Part shown: one piece after another, positions 1-12,398 of the stretch
Numbering within the stretch: the stretch's first letter is position 1
Layout of the letters: each line of letters starts with the position of its first letter
NCBI GenBank assembly: GCA_951406725.2
Contig: OX597822.1
Coordinates: forward strand, 114,948,001-115,012,000
From: Octopus vulgaris
Lineage: Eukaryota
Reading direction: 5' to 3'
Length of the DNA stretch: 64,000 nucleotides
Notes under the pieces: model-generated
Seen by the model: only the letters and a program-made list of their open reading frames with translations
The model's database searches: none
What the model was told of the DNA's origin: nothing
Translations under genes and position numbers: made by a program

Positions 1-402
1 TTCAGGTAACTTTGTTCGGCCGATCCAATAAAGCTGTTTCAGTGAACTGACCGGTAGATGGCATAAATCAATAGAAAGTTCTAAAGGGACCCATCCTTTG
101 AAATATCTGCATCAACTTCCGGCTTATTGATTATATAGTCAGAACGTACACAATTGTGTAACATGCCTGCCAGCCAGTGCATATCTCACTTGCTTGACTA
201 GTCGTGTCACGTTGAATGGAGAAAAGTTCTAGAAATAAGTCAAGACGGGTGATGGCAGTGCTAGAGGTGGTGGTTGTTGTTGTTTTGGTGGTGGTGGTGA
301 CGTGGTGATTTGGTAGTCGGGATCGTTGTTGAGGAGGGCCAGAAGAGGAAGGAGCAAGAAAAGAAAGACAACTTAAACTATAAATACTAGCGTTTAGTAT
401 AC

Positions 403-474
<72 letters not shown>

Positions 475-508
475 AATGTAAATATATATACACGCGCACA
501 CAGACATA

Positions 509-652
509 CTTTTTTATCTTTTACTTATTTCAGTCGTTGAAATGCGGCCACGCTGGGGTACCACCTTTAAGATTTTTAATTTGACTAATCGATACTAATT
601 CTATCGGGCTCTTTGCTGAACCGCTAAATTAAGGGAACATAACTAAACAAAC
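509..652 (-). mobile_element. SINE family A (tRNA-derived, octopus OK-like), 3' fragment
   Basis: Reverse complement resembles the tail and body of the full copy at 4396-4802 (ggtggtaccccagcgtggccgca...gactgaaataagtaaaaga). Confidence 0.75.
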
Positions 653-1082
653 ATAGATATATATATACAAACATACATGCATACATATGTGTGTGTGTTC
701 TTTATTTTGCATCTATTTTACAATTTTTACAATATATTTTATTTTTACATAATTATTTTTCCTTACAGATATATTATTATTATATTATTTAGATTTTTAA
801 TTTAATTTAGTTGTCCCTTATTTTTACTCTGTTTTTTTTACCTACTTGAATTTTACCTTTGCAAATACAGGCATACAATATACAAGATATAACTTTTGAA
901 ACTTCCTTAGTTTTTTATTTGAATACCTTAAAGAAAGATGTAACATTAGTTTTATAAAAACAAGAAAAAACCTGAAGAGATCCAGTCCCATGCAGTTTAG
1001 AATGATAACTAATTCTTAACAGTGGATTTGACCCAAATGCTTCGTGTTGTGAATTACTAAGAGACCAGAATCGAATCATATG

Positions 1083-1456
1083 TCTTTAGTCTTTAGTCTT
1101 TTAGTCTTTTACTTGTTTCAGTCATTTGACTGCGGCCATGCTGGAGCACCACCTTTTAGTACTTATTCTATCGGTCTCTTTTTGCCGAACCGCTAAGTGA
1201 CGGGGACCTAAACACGCCAGCATCGGTTGTCAAGCAATGCTAGGGGGACAAACACAGACACACAAACACACATACATATATATATACATATATACGACAG
1301 GCTTCTTTCAGTTTCCGTCTACCAAATCCACTCACAAGGCATTGGTCGGCCCGGGGCTATAGCAGAAGACACTTGCCCAAGATGCCACGCAGTGGGACTG
1401 AACCCGCAACCGTGTGGTTGGTTAGCAAGCTACTTACCACACAGCCACTCCTGCGC
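1083..1456 (-). mobile_element. SINE family A, near full length with internal deletion
   Basis: Minus strand reads gcgcaggagtggctgtgtggtaag (A box), gggttcagtccc (B box), an internal (TG/TA)n tract, and tail ccagcatggccgcagtcaaatgactgaaacaagtaaaagac(taaagac)n. Confidence 0.9.
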
Positions 1457-1593
1457 ATATGTAGTTTTTTAGTTTGATTTGTATTTTTAAAAATTTATTT
1501 TTATTTATATTTTAACTTCAAACTATAATACAAATAAATTGACTGTACATCCTCAACACTCCATTTTTTAACTTTATTATTATTATCATTATA

Positions 1594-1650
<57 letters not shown>

Positions 1651-1670
1651 ATATATATATATATATATAT

Positions 1671-1763
1671 AAAAGGAAATGAAGAAAATTTTTTTTTTTG
1701 TCAGCATTTTCTTCATTTCCTTTTTTATATATCACAACTCGTGTTCCACATCTCCTTTTTTAA
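1671..1763 (+). mobile_element. Short fold-back insert in (TA)n, probable PLE 3' end (same family as 23370-23602)
   Basis: Inverted arms aaaaggaaatgaagaaaat / attttcttcatttcctttt, then tail atcacaactcgtgttccacatctccttttt as at 23567-23598; (TA)n on both sides. Confidence 0.6.
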
Positions 1764-1766
1764 ATA

Positions 1767-1817
<51 letters not shown>

Positions 1818-1821
<4 letters not shown>

Positions 1822-2085
1822 AATTCAAATAAGCATTAAAAGAAAACGAATAATAAAATTAACGGACAAGAGGACGCGCATAAGGATTGTATTGGATTGG
1901 CACTTGGTGAAAAGAGTGAGTTTGACGTTTCGACCATAGCTCTTCGTCGGAAAGAAGAAACGGAAAAGTCTAAAGTAGGAAAATATATCACCAACAGCAC
2001 TTGTGGGGTTACATTGCTGAAGTGACCGGAAGTAGAGAGACAGAGGAAGTGTTTTTGTTTTGGGACAGGAGTGTGCGAAGATGGT

Positions 2086-2088
<3 letters not shown>
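1818..2088 (-). mobile_element. PLE-like 3' end (pseudo-LTR fragment) containing a hammerhead motif
   Basis: Homologous to 15603-15890 and more distantly to 61804-61985 and 62250-62500. The 3' end abuts (TA)n. Confidence 0.6.
1921..1953 (-). ncRNA. Minimal type-I hammerhead motif, CCGACGA (U4C) variant
   Basis: Minus strand: TTT CCGACGA A GAGC tat GGTC GAAA C GTC AAA. GUC triplet, palindromic ACGT stem III, one mismatch in stem II. Confidence 0.55.
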
Positions 2089-2121
<33 letters not shown>

Positions 2122-2134
2122 TAGTAGTATCTGT

Positions 2135-2288
2135 GACGACGGGCTTAAGTAGTTTCCATCTTCTAAATCCACTCACAAGGCTTTGGTGCGGTGGTCCTGG
2201 GCTATAGTAGAAGGCAAGATGCCATTCGGTGGTATTGAACCCTGGATCATGGCATTGGGAAGTAAACTTCTTACTACACAACCACGTC
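2135..2288 (-). mobile_element. SINE family A, 5' half
   Basis: Diverged match to 4400-4560. Confidence 0.75.
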
Positions 2289-2699
2289 GGCAACTATACA
2301 GATTCCTACCTATGTATGTATGTATGTATGTATGTATGTATGTATGTATGTATGTATGTATGTATGCATGTATGTATGCATGTATGTATGTATGTATGTA
2401 TGTATGTATGTATGTATGTATCTATTCATATATATATATATATATATATATGTGCATCTATGTATATATAAATATATATGTACATATGTTTTCTCTCTCC
2501 CTTTCTCTTACACACACACACACACACGTATGTATATATATATATATATATATATATGGGCCTTTCTTGGTAAACCTAGACCATGCATTCGCACAAATAT
2601 ACACAGGCCTAAGCAAGATATTCTTTTCAGGAAAATTTAATTTTCCAAGCATGCCTTTGTCCCTTTCTAAATGTGCAGGTCTCTGGTCTCCCATCAACC

Positions 2700-3020
2700 G
2701 TACGATCATCCGGAGCTAACGTCCCTGACTTCTACCTATCCTGTTCATTGAAACACAGTTTTCGGTAACTACGACTTACTGACATAGATGAGGTCAAAAT
2801 GGCTGTGAAGAAGTAGGTACAACATAACACACTGTTTTTTTTTTCTTTTCAGAGAGGACCCGTATCTTCATCGGTGATGGTGCGAATGCATCGCATCTGA
2901 TGGAAACTATTTGTACTATATGCTGTAGTACCTTTTTATTGAGTGAGAGTTATTTTATCAACGCATGCAATTCGACTGACTTCGTGCGTTGTTAAAAAAA
3001 TTACGTTCTATTTTGAATTA
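2700..3020 (+). pseudogene. mariner transposase C-terminal relic
   Basis: Broken translation resembles the mariner C-terminus (PEL..DFYL...TDIDEVKMAVKK...WCECIASDGNYL). Confidence 0.5.
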
Positions 3021-3082
3021 CTTTCAGTTCGAACCTGATGCATACTAACATACCTGAATATTTGCTTACATACAAACATATA

Positions 3083-3244
3083 GGTGCAGGCGTGGCTGTG
3101 TAGTAAGAAGCTTGCATCTCTACAAGGTGGTTCCGAGTTCAGTTCCATTGCGTGGCACCTTGGGCAAGTGTCTTCTGCTATAGCCTCAGACCAGCCAAAG
3201 GTTTGTAAGTCTTGTAGACAGAAACTGACAGAAGCCCATCATAT
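3083..3244 (+). mobile_element. SINE family A, 5' half interrupted by a mariner derivative; a family-A tail resumes at 4146-4190
   Basis: ggtgcaggcgtggctgtgtagtaagaagc...ggcaccttgggcaagtgtcttc. Confidence 0.8.
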
Positions 3245-3247
3245 ATC

Positions 3248-4143
3248 CGTGGTCTGATCAATAAATATCCGAACTGTTGCCATAGTGACGAAGCTAAAGG
3301 ACGTAGATTAAACCTGCTTGGCACAGATTGACCATGAACTCTGTTGTACATGCGCACTAAGCTTTAACATTTACATCTCCTTTAACTTTTACATCTCCTG
3401 TTTACAGCAAGGCTTAGAAAGATGTGTTGCGTGTGATCATCGCATTGACAGTGACAGAGAAAGCTGAGCAGAGAACCAGTATCAAATTTTGCCAAAAGCT
3501 TGTTGATACCTGTTCAGAGGTCTACGCAAAGTTTTCAAAGAGTTGTCATCGTTCTCGACACAATCAAGGAGATCTTGTGCAACTGAAACCCGAGTGCCTT
3601 TTCGGTCAGCTGAAAACAGTTTTGGCACAAACTTGGCAGACCCAAATCTTTATACGCATCTCATATCCAAAACTGAACCATAACTAATCTGCACTTCTTC
3701 TGATAACTCACGGATGGTGATTCGACGACTTCCCTGCACAGCTACATGCACATCTGCAATGTTTTTCTCAGTTCTGCTGGTAGCGTTTTTCTCAGAATGT
3801 TCGTCATTATCGACATTTTTTCGGCCATCTTGAAAACGTCTGAACCACTGGTACACTTGTGTGCGGCTCATTAACTCCTTTCCATACACTTTCTGCAACT
3901 TTGCGTCGGCCTCTGATCAGGTATCGCCATGAAGACTTTCACTTTAGTGGTCAATGCGGCGATCACACGCTACACACCTTCCTTTCAAGCACTGCTCTAA
4001 ACTGCAGCAGTCAGCTAGAACGTTAAAAACTTAGTACGCATACACAACAGAGTTCAAAGTTAATCTTTGCCAAGCAGCATCACTCTGCATGCATTAACTT
4101 CGTCACAATGGCAAAAGTCCGGATACATATTGATCAGACTTCG
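3248..4143. mobile_element. Non-autonomous mariner derivative made of two inverted 5' ends
   Basis: TIRs cgtggtctgatcaataaatatccg / cggatacatattgatcagacttcg|ta. N-terminal transposase remnants on both strands (EQRTSIKFC on +; QVYQWFRRFQDGR...RRITIRELSEEV on -). Confidence 0.85.
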
Positions 4144-4395
4144 TATGGCTGCTGTCAAATGACTGAAACAAATAAAAGACTAAAAGAGAATATATGTGCA
4201 TATGTTCGTGGGGGTGGGAGGTGTTTCTCCTCACGCCGTAGCTTGATAACCGATGCTGGTGTGCTTATGTCCCCTTAATCGATAGAATAAGTACTAGACT
4301 TTCGAAGAATAAGTCCTCAGGTGGTGCTCCAGCATGCCCACGGTAAAATGACTGAAACAGCTAAAAATAAAAGAATAAAAGAATACGTATATATA

Positions 4396-4802
4396 GGCGC
4401 AGGAGTGGCTGTGTGGTAAGTAGCTTGTTTACCAACCACATGGTTCCGGGTTCAGTCCCACTGCGTGGCACCTTGGGCAGGTGTCTTCTACTATAGCCTC
4501 GGGCCGACCCAAGCCTTGTGAGTGGATTTGGTAGATGGAAACTGAAAGAAGCCCGTCGTATATATGTATATATGTGTGTGTGTGTGTGCGTGTATGTTTG
4601 TGTTTGTCCCCCTAGCATCGCTTGACAACCGATGCTGGTGTGTTTATGTCCCCGTAACTTAGCGGTTCGGCAAAAGGGACCGATAGAATAAGTACTAGGC
4701 TTACGAAGAATAAGTCCCGGGGTCGAGTTGCTCGATTAAAGGCGGTACTCCAGCAAGGCCGCACGCAGTCAAATGACTGAAACAAGTAAAAGAGTAAAAG
4801 AG
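4396..4802 (+). mobile_element. SINE family A, full length with 12-bp TSD
   Basis: A box TGGCTGTGTGG, B box GGTTCAGTCCC, internal (TG)n, tail (gtaaaaga)n. TSD tacgtatatata at 4384-4395 and 4803-4814. Confidence 0.93.
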
Positions 4803-5628
4803 TACGTATATATACAAAATAATGTATAACTTAATCTAGACTCAGTAATTTCGTTTTTTTTTTTTTCTCAATGTTTTGTGTTCGTCTGGAACCTCACTGA
4901 ATATCGCTGAATGTTTGTTCGTAGGACAACTCGACCTCATTCACTGCAATGATTCGGTGCAACCAATATTGTACACTAGGCAGGTAACAGCTTGGCTGCA
5001 ATTGCTTTTATACATATATATTTATGCATGTGTGTGTATGCGCACGTACACGTCGCCCGCACATATTGCATTTTTAAACAATTATGTTTATAGAGATCAA
5101 CTTACCTCGGTTATATATCAATGCGGGTGATATTGTTGTTGTTTTTGTTGACGACGACAACGACGAAGATGATGAATATTATCGTGAACATCATGGTGAC
5201 TATAACGGTGTCGATGTGGAGAAGAAGATGTTAAAGGAAATTTAATAGGGACGAAGAAACTTGCTTAAGAGTAGAGGCAATGGTAATAACTAACTACGAC
5301 AATAAGCTATACTCGTCCCGACTAACATCAACTATTACTTTGGGCAAAAGTGTTTGCACGTCTTTCTCAAAATAATGTAATTGCTATTTTGTTTCACAAT
5401 TGTAGCGGAACTGAGAGAACCAATTTACCATTCTAACGGCAAAAACTTCTGCAACGTTAGGCAGAAAGTCTCCATCTATCTAATCCATTTCTTTAAACCA
5501 TTCTAAAATCAATCAAAAGGATTTTGAAGCTGTTACAACCATAATATTATAGAGGTCCATGTCTGTTTATTTATATATACCAATAAAACTCAGTGGATAA
5601 TAAATAATTTATCCCTTTCCCCTTTGTT

Positions 5629-5685
<57 letters not shown>

Positions 5686-6124
5686 CACATATATATTTAT
5701 ATTGTTATATGTCTGGAACATCATAACAACAACGTGAAATGGCGCTTAGCGGAACGATTCGAACTCATTCGCTGCAATGATCCGGTGCAACAATTCTGCG
5801 CATTAAGTAACAGCTTGTGCGCAACTGTTTACATCACGCTATTGATTTACCTCCTATAATTTTCGTACAACTATGCTATGTAAATAGTAGCTATTTTATT
5901 GATAAAGGAATTTTTAAGAAGGAAGAAAGTGATTTCAACTCATCCAGTGTGGTTTATTTATATGGCCACTGACTACACTATCGTGCATGTATCGTTATAA
6001 ATTTGTCTTTCCTTAAAAGAGAAAGTAAGGAGTTGTTTAACAAATATGTAACTTCTGGTTCAAATCTTCGCATTGCGTTTCCGTTTTTTCTTTTTTCTTT
6101 TTTTTTTTTTCTTTTTTACATTGG

Positions 6125-6278
6125 GCATCACATTGAAGGGCTCAGTAGAACAATCCCCCACAGTAATTATTTAATGTATGGTACTTATTTAATCAGTCAG
6201 CCTTTGCTGAACTGCTATGCCATGGAGACGTAAACAACACGACACCGGTTATCAGTTGGTTGGGGGAAAACAGAAATT

Positions 6279-6318
<40 letters not shown>

Positions 6319-6391
6319 CTTGAGAACGACCGTTTCTGGATTAGTTGAATATAAAGATCAACATTTCCTTCGTCAGCTCCGTAGGTGTTAT

Positions 6392-6427
<36 letters not shown>

Positions 6428-6603
6428 TAGATAGATAGATACGACGTGCTTCCGCACAGTTTCAATCTGTCAACTTTACTAACAAAGCGTTGGTCGATCC
6501 GGTGCTATAGTTATACAAGACACTTTGCTGAAGGTGCTACGCAGAGGACTAAATGCGAGACAATATGTTTGCGAAGCGAACTTCTTAAACCTCACAGTCA
6601 TAC
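6125..6603 (-). mobile_element. SINE family A, old copy with an insert in its internal microsatellite
   Basis: Diverged 3' part (6125-6280) and 5' part (6440-6603) flank (CA)n/(TA)n. Confidence 0.6.
6322..6380 (-). ncRNA. Type-I hammerhead motif forming almost the whole 76-bp insert between two (TA)n tracts
   Basis: Minus strand: GGAG CTGACGA A GGAaatGTTGA-tctttatat-TCAACtaaTCC a GAAA CGG TC gTTCTC. Confidence 0.6.
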
Positions 6604-7230
6604 GAATGCTATAGAAAACTGTTAATTATAATTTAACGGTATAAAATTGTGCAGACATTTGACCCACATGCTGAATACATGTGAGGACCACTCGATACAA
6701 AAATCGTGAATTTCTATATCGTTAGGTGTGTTCCTTGTGCAAGACATTGAATTTCTATTTGAAATTAGGTAATAAGAACAGAGAGATGGTTACATCAACG
6801 CTCATAGGCGCCAAGCCAAGCAAATATTGGCAAGCTGTTTGTCCAGACACAGTATGATTCATTAGGGAAGTTCGTTTTGGCTACGTTAAGAGGTTATAGA
6901 CATAAACCCACTTGATCGAAGCAACTTGATTAGGCATCCTGTCACTGGTATGAGTTTGTAACTTGAACTGTCGGGCAAGATAGTAAACCTCTTTCGCTTC
7001 GTTTACTTGGCATTAGATTAGACAAGTGGATGGAGGCAAAACTGCGCGAAATAGGAAATTACCATATCTTTTTCATTGATAAAGGTACTGATGTCAAGAC
7101 ATCATACAAAGACGTAATAAATAAGATGTACAAAGAGCTTGGCTGCTTATTAATAAATGTTGTTGATTAAGGCGGCGTACTGACAGAATCATTAGGCAAC
7201 GCCGGGCGAAATGCTTAGTGGCAGCAGTGG

Positions 7231-7457
7231 TTTGCCACCTGAATGGGACGCTGGTCCGTCGCAGGTGAGTTGCTATATGCAGGAGGAAAGAGTGAGAGAA
7301 AGTTGTGGCAAAAGAGTCAGCAGAAGTTCGCCATTACGTTCTGCCGGAGCCGTGTGGAGCTTAGGTGTTTTCCTTCATAAATACACACATCACCCGGTCT
7401 GAGATTCGAACCCGTGATCCCTCTACCGCTCTGACCAATAAGCCTTGTGCCTCCACA
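7231..7457 (-). mobile_element. tRNA-derived SINE related to 40358-40610
   Basis: B box GGGTTCGAATCT. Its segment gcgacggaccagcgtcccattcagg resembles gcgatggactggcgtcccgtcc of the 40358 element. Confidence 0.65.
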
Positions 7458-7912
7458 TCAATAAAATGCCATAGTAATACTTTTATTGTCCAGGTAAAAC
7501 ATCGTTGGCAGACGCTGAGGTTAATAAGAACAGGTGTTGAAGTAATAGTAACTTCTACTACACATACTCATATGTATATGTCTGTGTGTGTATGTGTGTG
7601 TGTGGCGGGGGGGGGCTGTTAGTGCGCATGTGTGTGTGTATGTGTGTACGTGGGTGTCTGTATGTGTACGTGTATGTATATTTGCATGGAGAGTAAGAGA
7701 AGGGAAGAGAGAGAGAGAGAAGTGAGAGTGTGATTTGTGGGAAGAAAATTACAAAGACGGACGTTTGGAAGATATTTTTCTAGTTGAGTTTTTGTTTGAA
7801 AGTCGGTTATTTATGTCGTTGTTGTCGCTATTGTTGTTTTCGCTGTTGAACCGATTCTTTTATTTTCATTTTTGTTACAGTTGTTGTGACTACAACTGAT
7901 GATTATGATGAT

Positions 7913-7956
<44 letters not shown>

Positions 7957-7969
7957 TAATAATAATAAT

Positions 7970-8795
7970 TTCTATTCTAGGCACAAGGCCTGAAATTTTG
8001 TGGGGAGGAGGAGGCGAGTCGATTCCGCCGAGCCCACAGCTCGCACTGGTACTTATTTTATCAACTCCGAAAGAATGAAAGGCGAAATCGACTGCGGTAG
8101 AATTTGAACGTAGCAGCATTTCGCTTGATGTGCTCGCGGCTCTTTCAGATTACTTCGTCATAATCAATATAAATACTGGTTTCTACTCTAGGCACAAGGC
8201 AATTTCAGGGGAGAAAGTCGATTGCATCGATCCCTCCTCGCAAGAGTTACTTATTTTATCGACCCCGATTGGATGAAAGGCAAAATCGACCTCTGCACGA
8301 TTTGAACGAAATGCCACTATTTCTGCCGGCTCGCTACCTTGCAATTATAACAGTAAGGTTTTCAAAATCTGTCACAAGACCGGCAATTTTGGAGAAGGGA
8401 CTAAGTCGATTACGCCGACCCCAATGTTCATCTGGTTCTGAGTTCTTATCGACCCCGAAAGGGTGAAAGGCAAAGTCAACCTCGGCTGAATTCGAATTCA
8501 GAACTTAAAGACGAACGAAATGCTTTTGCTCGGCGTGCTAACAGTTCTGCCGGCTCACCGCTCCGTAATTATAATAATAATCTTTTCTACTAAAGACACA
8601 AGCTCTGAAATTTTCGCGGAGGGGACTAGTTGATTACATCGACCCCAATGTTCAACTGGTACTTATTTTAAAGATGTCGAAAGGATGAAAGGCAAAGTCG
8701 ACCTTGGTGGGGTTTGAATTCAGGACGTAAAGACGGACAAAATGCTGCTAAGTATTTTGCCCGCCTTCATGATTCTGTCAGCTCACAGCTGGCAG
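7970..8795 (-). mobile_element. Four head-to-tail copies of SINE family B (tRNA head plus Nin/Deu-like central domain)
   Basis: Each unit carries a variant of gactttgcctttcatcctttcggggtcgataaaataagtaccag and the tail ggccttgtgcctagaatagaaa(ttattatt). Units at about 7970-8155, 8180-8340, 8360-8562 and 8585-8795. Confidence 0.8.
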
Positions 8796-9085
8796 AATAA
8801 TAACAATAGACGTAATGATAAACATGATTATGAGACTGATGATGTAATTCTGTTGCAATATTGTTTTGCATCTCATTCTAATGCATTTAGTACTGTTATA
8901 GTACCTTCTTTACTATTGTAGTTGTTTTTAAAGTTACCGAGTCAGATCTTTGATGCAGCGACTTTAGTATATATATATTTATATATAGTGCGTGCATTGC
9001 TGTCCTAGAAAGTACTACCAGTATTTCATTATATTCATTCCCATCATGTGTTATGTCCATGGTTGTGTACCCCTTTCACTTTTAA

Positions 9086-9166
<81 letters not shown>

Positions 9167-9249
9167 GTGTGTGTGTGTGTGTTTGTGTTGCTTAATATGT
9201 TTTGCTAAAATTGCTGTTTCTTTTCAGATATCATCATAAAAAGGTAATT

Positions 9250-10109
9250 AAAATTCATTATATTGACAGATCTATTGAACTTTCAAAGAGATCAAATTGT
9301 TGCTGCCAGTATGGCAGGCGCTAACGTGACGAAAGCAGCCGAAATGTTTGGTGTATCAAGAAGTACTGTCTTGAAAGTAATGTCAGCCTTTGAGAAAGAA
9401 GGAAAAACCTCCTCACCGAAACAAAACTGGGAATAAAACCAAAACTTTCAGATAGGGACCATCAGACTCTTACGAAAATTGTTAGAAAGGGTGACAAAAG
9501 TACAGTTCCCAAAATTACTGCAGAGCTTAATGATCACCTCGAGAACCCAGTTTCCACAAAAATTGTTCGCCGGGAGCTGCACAAGGCCGGATTTCATGGG
9601 AGGGCTGCAATCAGAAAATCACTACTTTCAAAAACAAACGTTGCAAAGTGTTTACAGTGGAGTAAAACCTACAGAATTGGTCCCTAGAACAGTTGAAGAA
9701 TGCCGCCTGCCCAATAGTTTCCCTTCATGGCAGAATTAATAGTCAAGACTGTTTAAGCATTTTGCCTGATCAAATTCATCCTATGGCTGGGGAACTGTTT
9801 CCGGAGGGAAACACAATCTTTCAGAATGATAATGCATCAATTCAAATAGCTAAAGTCGTTACTGAATAGCACGGGTGCATTTTAGAGAAACAAGAGGGGA
9901 GTCGATAGCTTCCAACATCATCTCAACAAAACTAGAGAATGTTTTAGCTGAAGAAGGGACAAAAATTCCTTTGGAAAAAATTAAAACTTTGTACGAGTCC
10001 ATACCTCGTAGAATTCAAGCTGTAATTACTGCCACAGGCGGTCCTACCCCATATTAAATTCAATTTGTTTGAAATTTTAAGGTGCTTCCATTATTTTGTC
10101 TAACCCCTG
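9250..10109 (+). pseudogene. Tc1-family transposon relic (frameshifted, internally deleted)
   Basis: FQRDQIVAASMAGANVTKAAEMFGVSRSTV (paired-like HTH) and C-terminus LYESIPRRIQAVITATGGPTPY*. Right end is ...taacccctg|ta. Confidence 0.88.
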
Positions 10110-10474
10110 TATATCTGTATGCGTGCGCTCTCTCTCGCGCTCGCGTGTGTGTATGTGCGTGTGTACATATACATACAAAACATACTGTAATACACACACA
10201 CACACGCACGTACACATGCATACATGCATACATACATACATACATACATACATACATACATACATACATACATACATACATACATACATACATACATACA
10301 TACATACATACATTACATACATACATACATACATATAGATAGATAGATAGATATTACATATATGTTAGTCTAATTGTCTCTTTGTCTCGCTTTCTCTCTT
10401 TATTTTTCAGCTTCTATCTTTTCTTTTCTGTCTCCATACACCTATACAGCTCTCAAACTAATTATCTCCGGTTT

Positions 10475-10525
<51 letters not shown>

Positions 10526-10664
10526 TCCACTTTCTCTGTCCCTTTCATAGGCTTCTGATTCTAGACTGCATCCATACTGTCTCATCGCGTTCAAGGGTAT
10601 TATTCGATACTCTCGACCATACTCATTCCGTCCATTGAACACGCATACAAACACAAGGTATACA

Positions 10665-11120
<456 letters not shown>

Positions 11121-12398
11121 TATATGTATATATAGATAGATATAAAGAGAGGGACAGACAGAGATAACGAAACAACGAGCTTGGATAAGTCAGAGAACAC
11201 AAAGAATACACGGTGTCAGAAAATGCGAAACTGAAAAAGAAATAGAAGTATATAGCGAAAAAACAACAATCGAAGAAGTACAAGATGGAAATGAAAATTC
11301 CAGTGGAAGAAGCAAGATAATTTAATGTTTCTGGGAACAATCTTTATCAAATCGAAGAAAAAGCATTAAGAGAAGCAAGAAAAGAAGAAAATCTATACGC
11401 TATCGAATATAGGACGTCTACTTACATGTCAGGTCTAGTATAGTATGAAAGTTGGGAAGTAGGATAGTTGAGAAGTGGAATTCCTCCATATGTAAGTGAA
11501 TCTGATTAATACACTCCCTCATCCATCTTATTTTTTTAAACTGATAATCGATAGGTTCAGTTGAAAACAGGATTTGTACTACTAATAGGTTCAATAAGTC
11601 GATGAGAAAACAGAAACAGCCTTTCAATGGCATTTTTGAGAGATGCTGTTTTCAAATATTTATTACTTCGACATCTACATTTTCAGTGCTAATTGTTAGC
11701 TAAGCGTTATCCCTACTGGCGCGAAATCCTTTGTATACTAAGTTACTGAAACATCTCTGTGAAAATGGGATTCTTAGTAAAAAAATAGAGGTTTTTACCT
11801 TTCTTCACCAGATGTGGATTTCATTGTAGCGTAGTCTTTGGAATGACAACTAGCCTACCAATAATATTAATATCTCCTCTGAAGTCTTGTAATAAATGTT
11901 CGAAACACTGAGAGGCACCTCTACGTGACATTGCCTACTCATACTTTCAGCCTCGCCTTATTCACAACCTCTGCCTTTCTAGACTCTCAGCCAGTATTGC
12001 AGAGACAACTGTCATTGTATGCAAGATTAGGCGGCAACTTAAAATCAAATAAACAGTTCTGCTGTCGGCGTCCAAAACCGAAGCAATTCCGTACCGCCAG
12101 ATATGACCAGCTATTCGATCCTTGTTATACTTTTATTCATATGGAACAAAAATAATTCATTTCTGTGGACACACAGTTAAGGTCATTGAATGTAGTAGCA
12201 AGTTACCTAAAAAATATCTTCAACGAGAATTACAACTGCAGTTCTATGTGAAGCTGGCAGTGCATTCTATTCAAGATATTTGCTAGCCACGTACTGTGCA
12301 ATATCTTCAATGAGCATTTACATTAGTTATACATGTCACTGCTAAACTCTAAGTGTGTGCTTTTTAAAATTCTTGTTGTGCTTAAAACGGTGTGTCTT

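Noticed and set aside
4915-4960. U11 snRNA similarity (cgtaggacaactcga) or an iron-responsive element (CAGUG on the minus strand)
   Set aside because: The match is short, with no U11 5' end or Sm site. The CAGUG loop lacks the 5-bp upper stem and C bulge.
7970-8795. CRISPR-like repeat/spacer array
   Set aside because: The context is eukaryotic, and the units are ~160-210-bp SINE copies, not short repeats with unique spacers.
11418-11505. Minus-strand micro-exon ending at a GTAAGT donor (SLTYGGIPLLNYPTSQLSYYTRPD)
   Set aside because: The acceptor is weak, there is no recognisable homology, and no partner exons were found.
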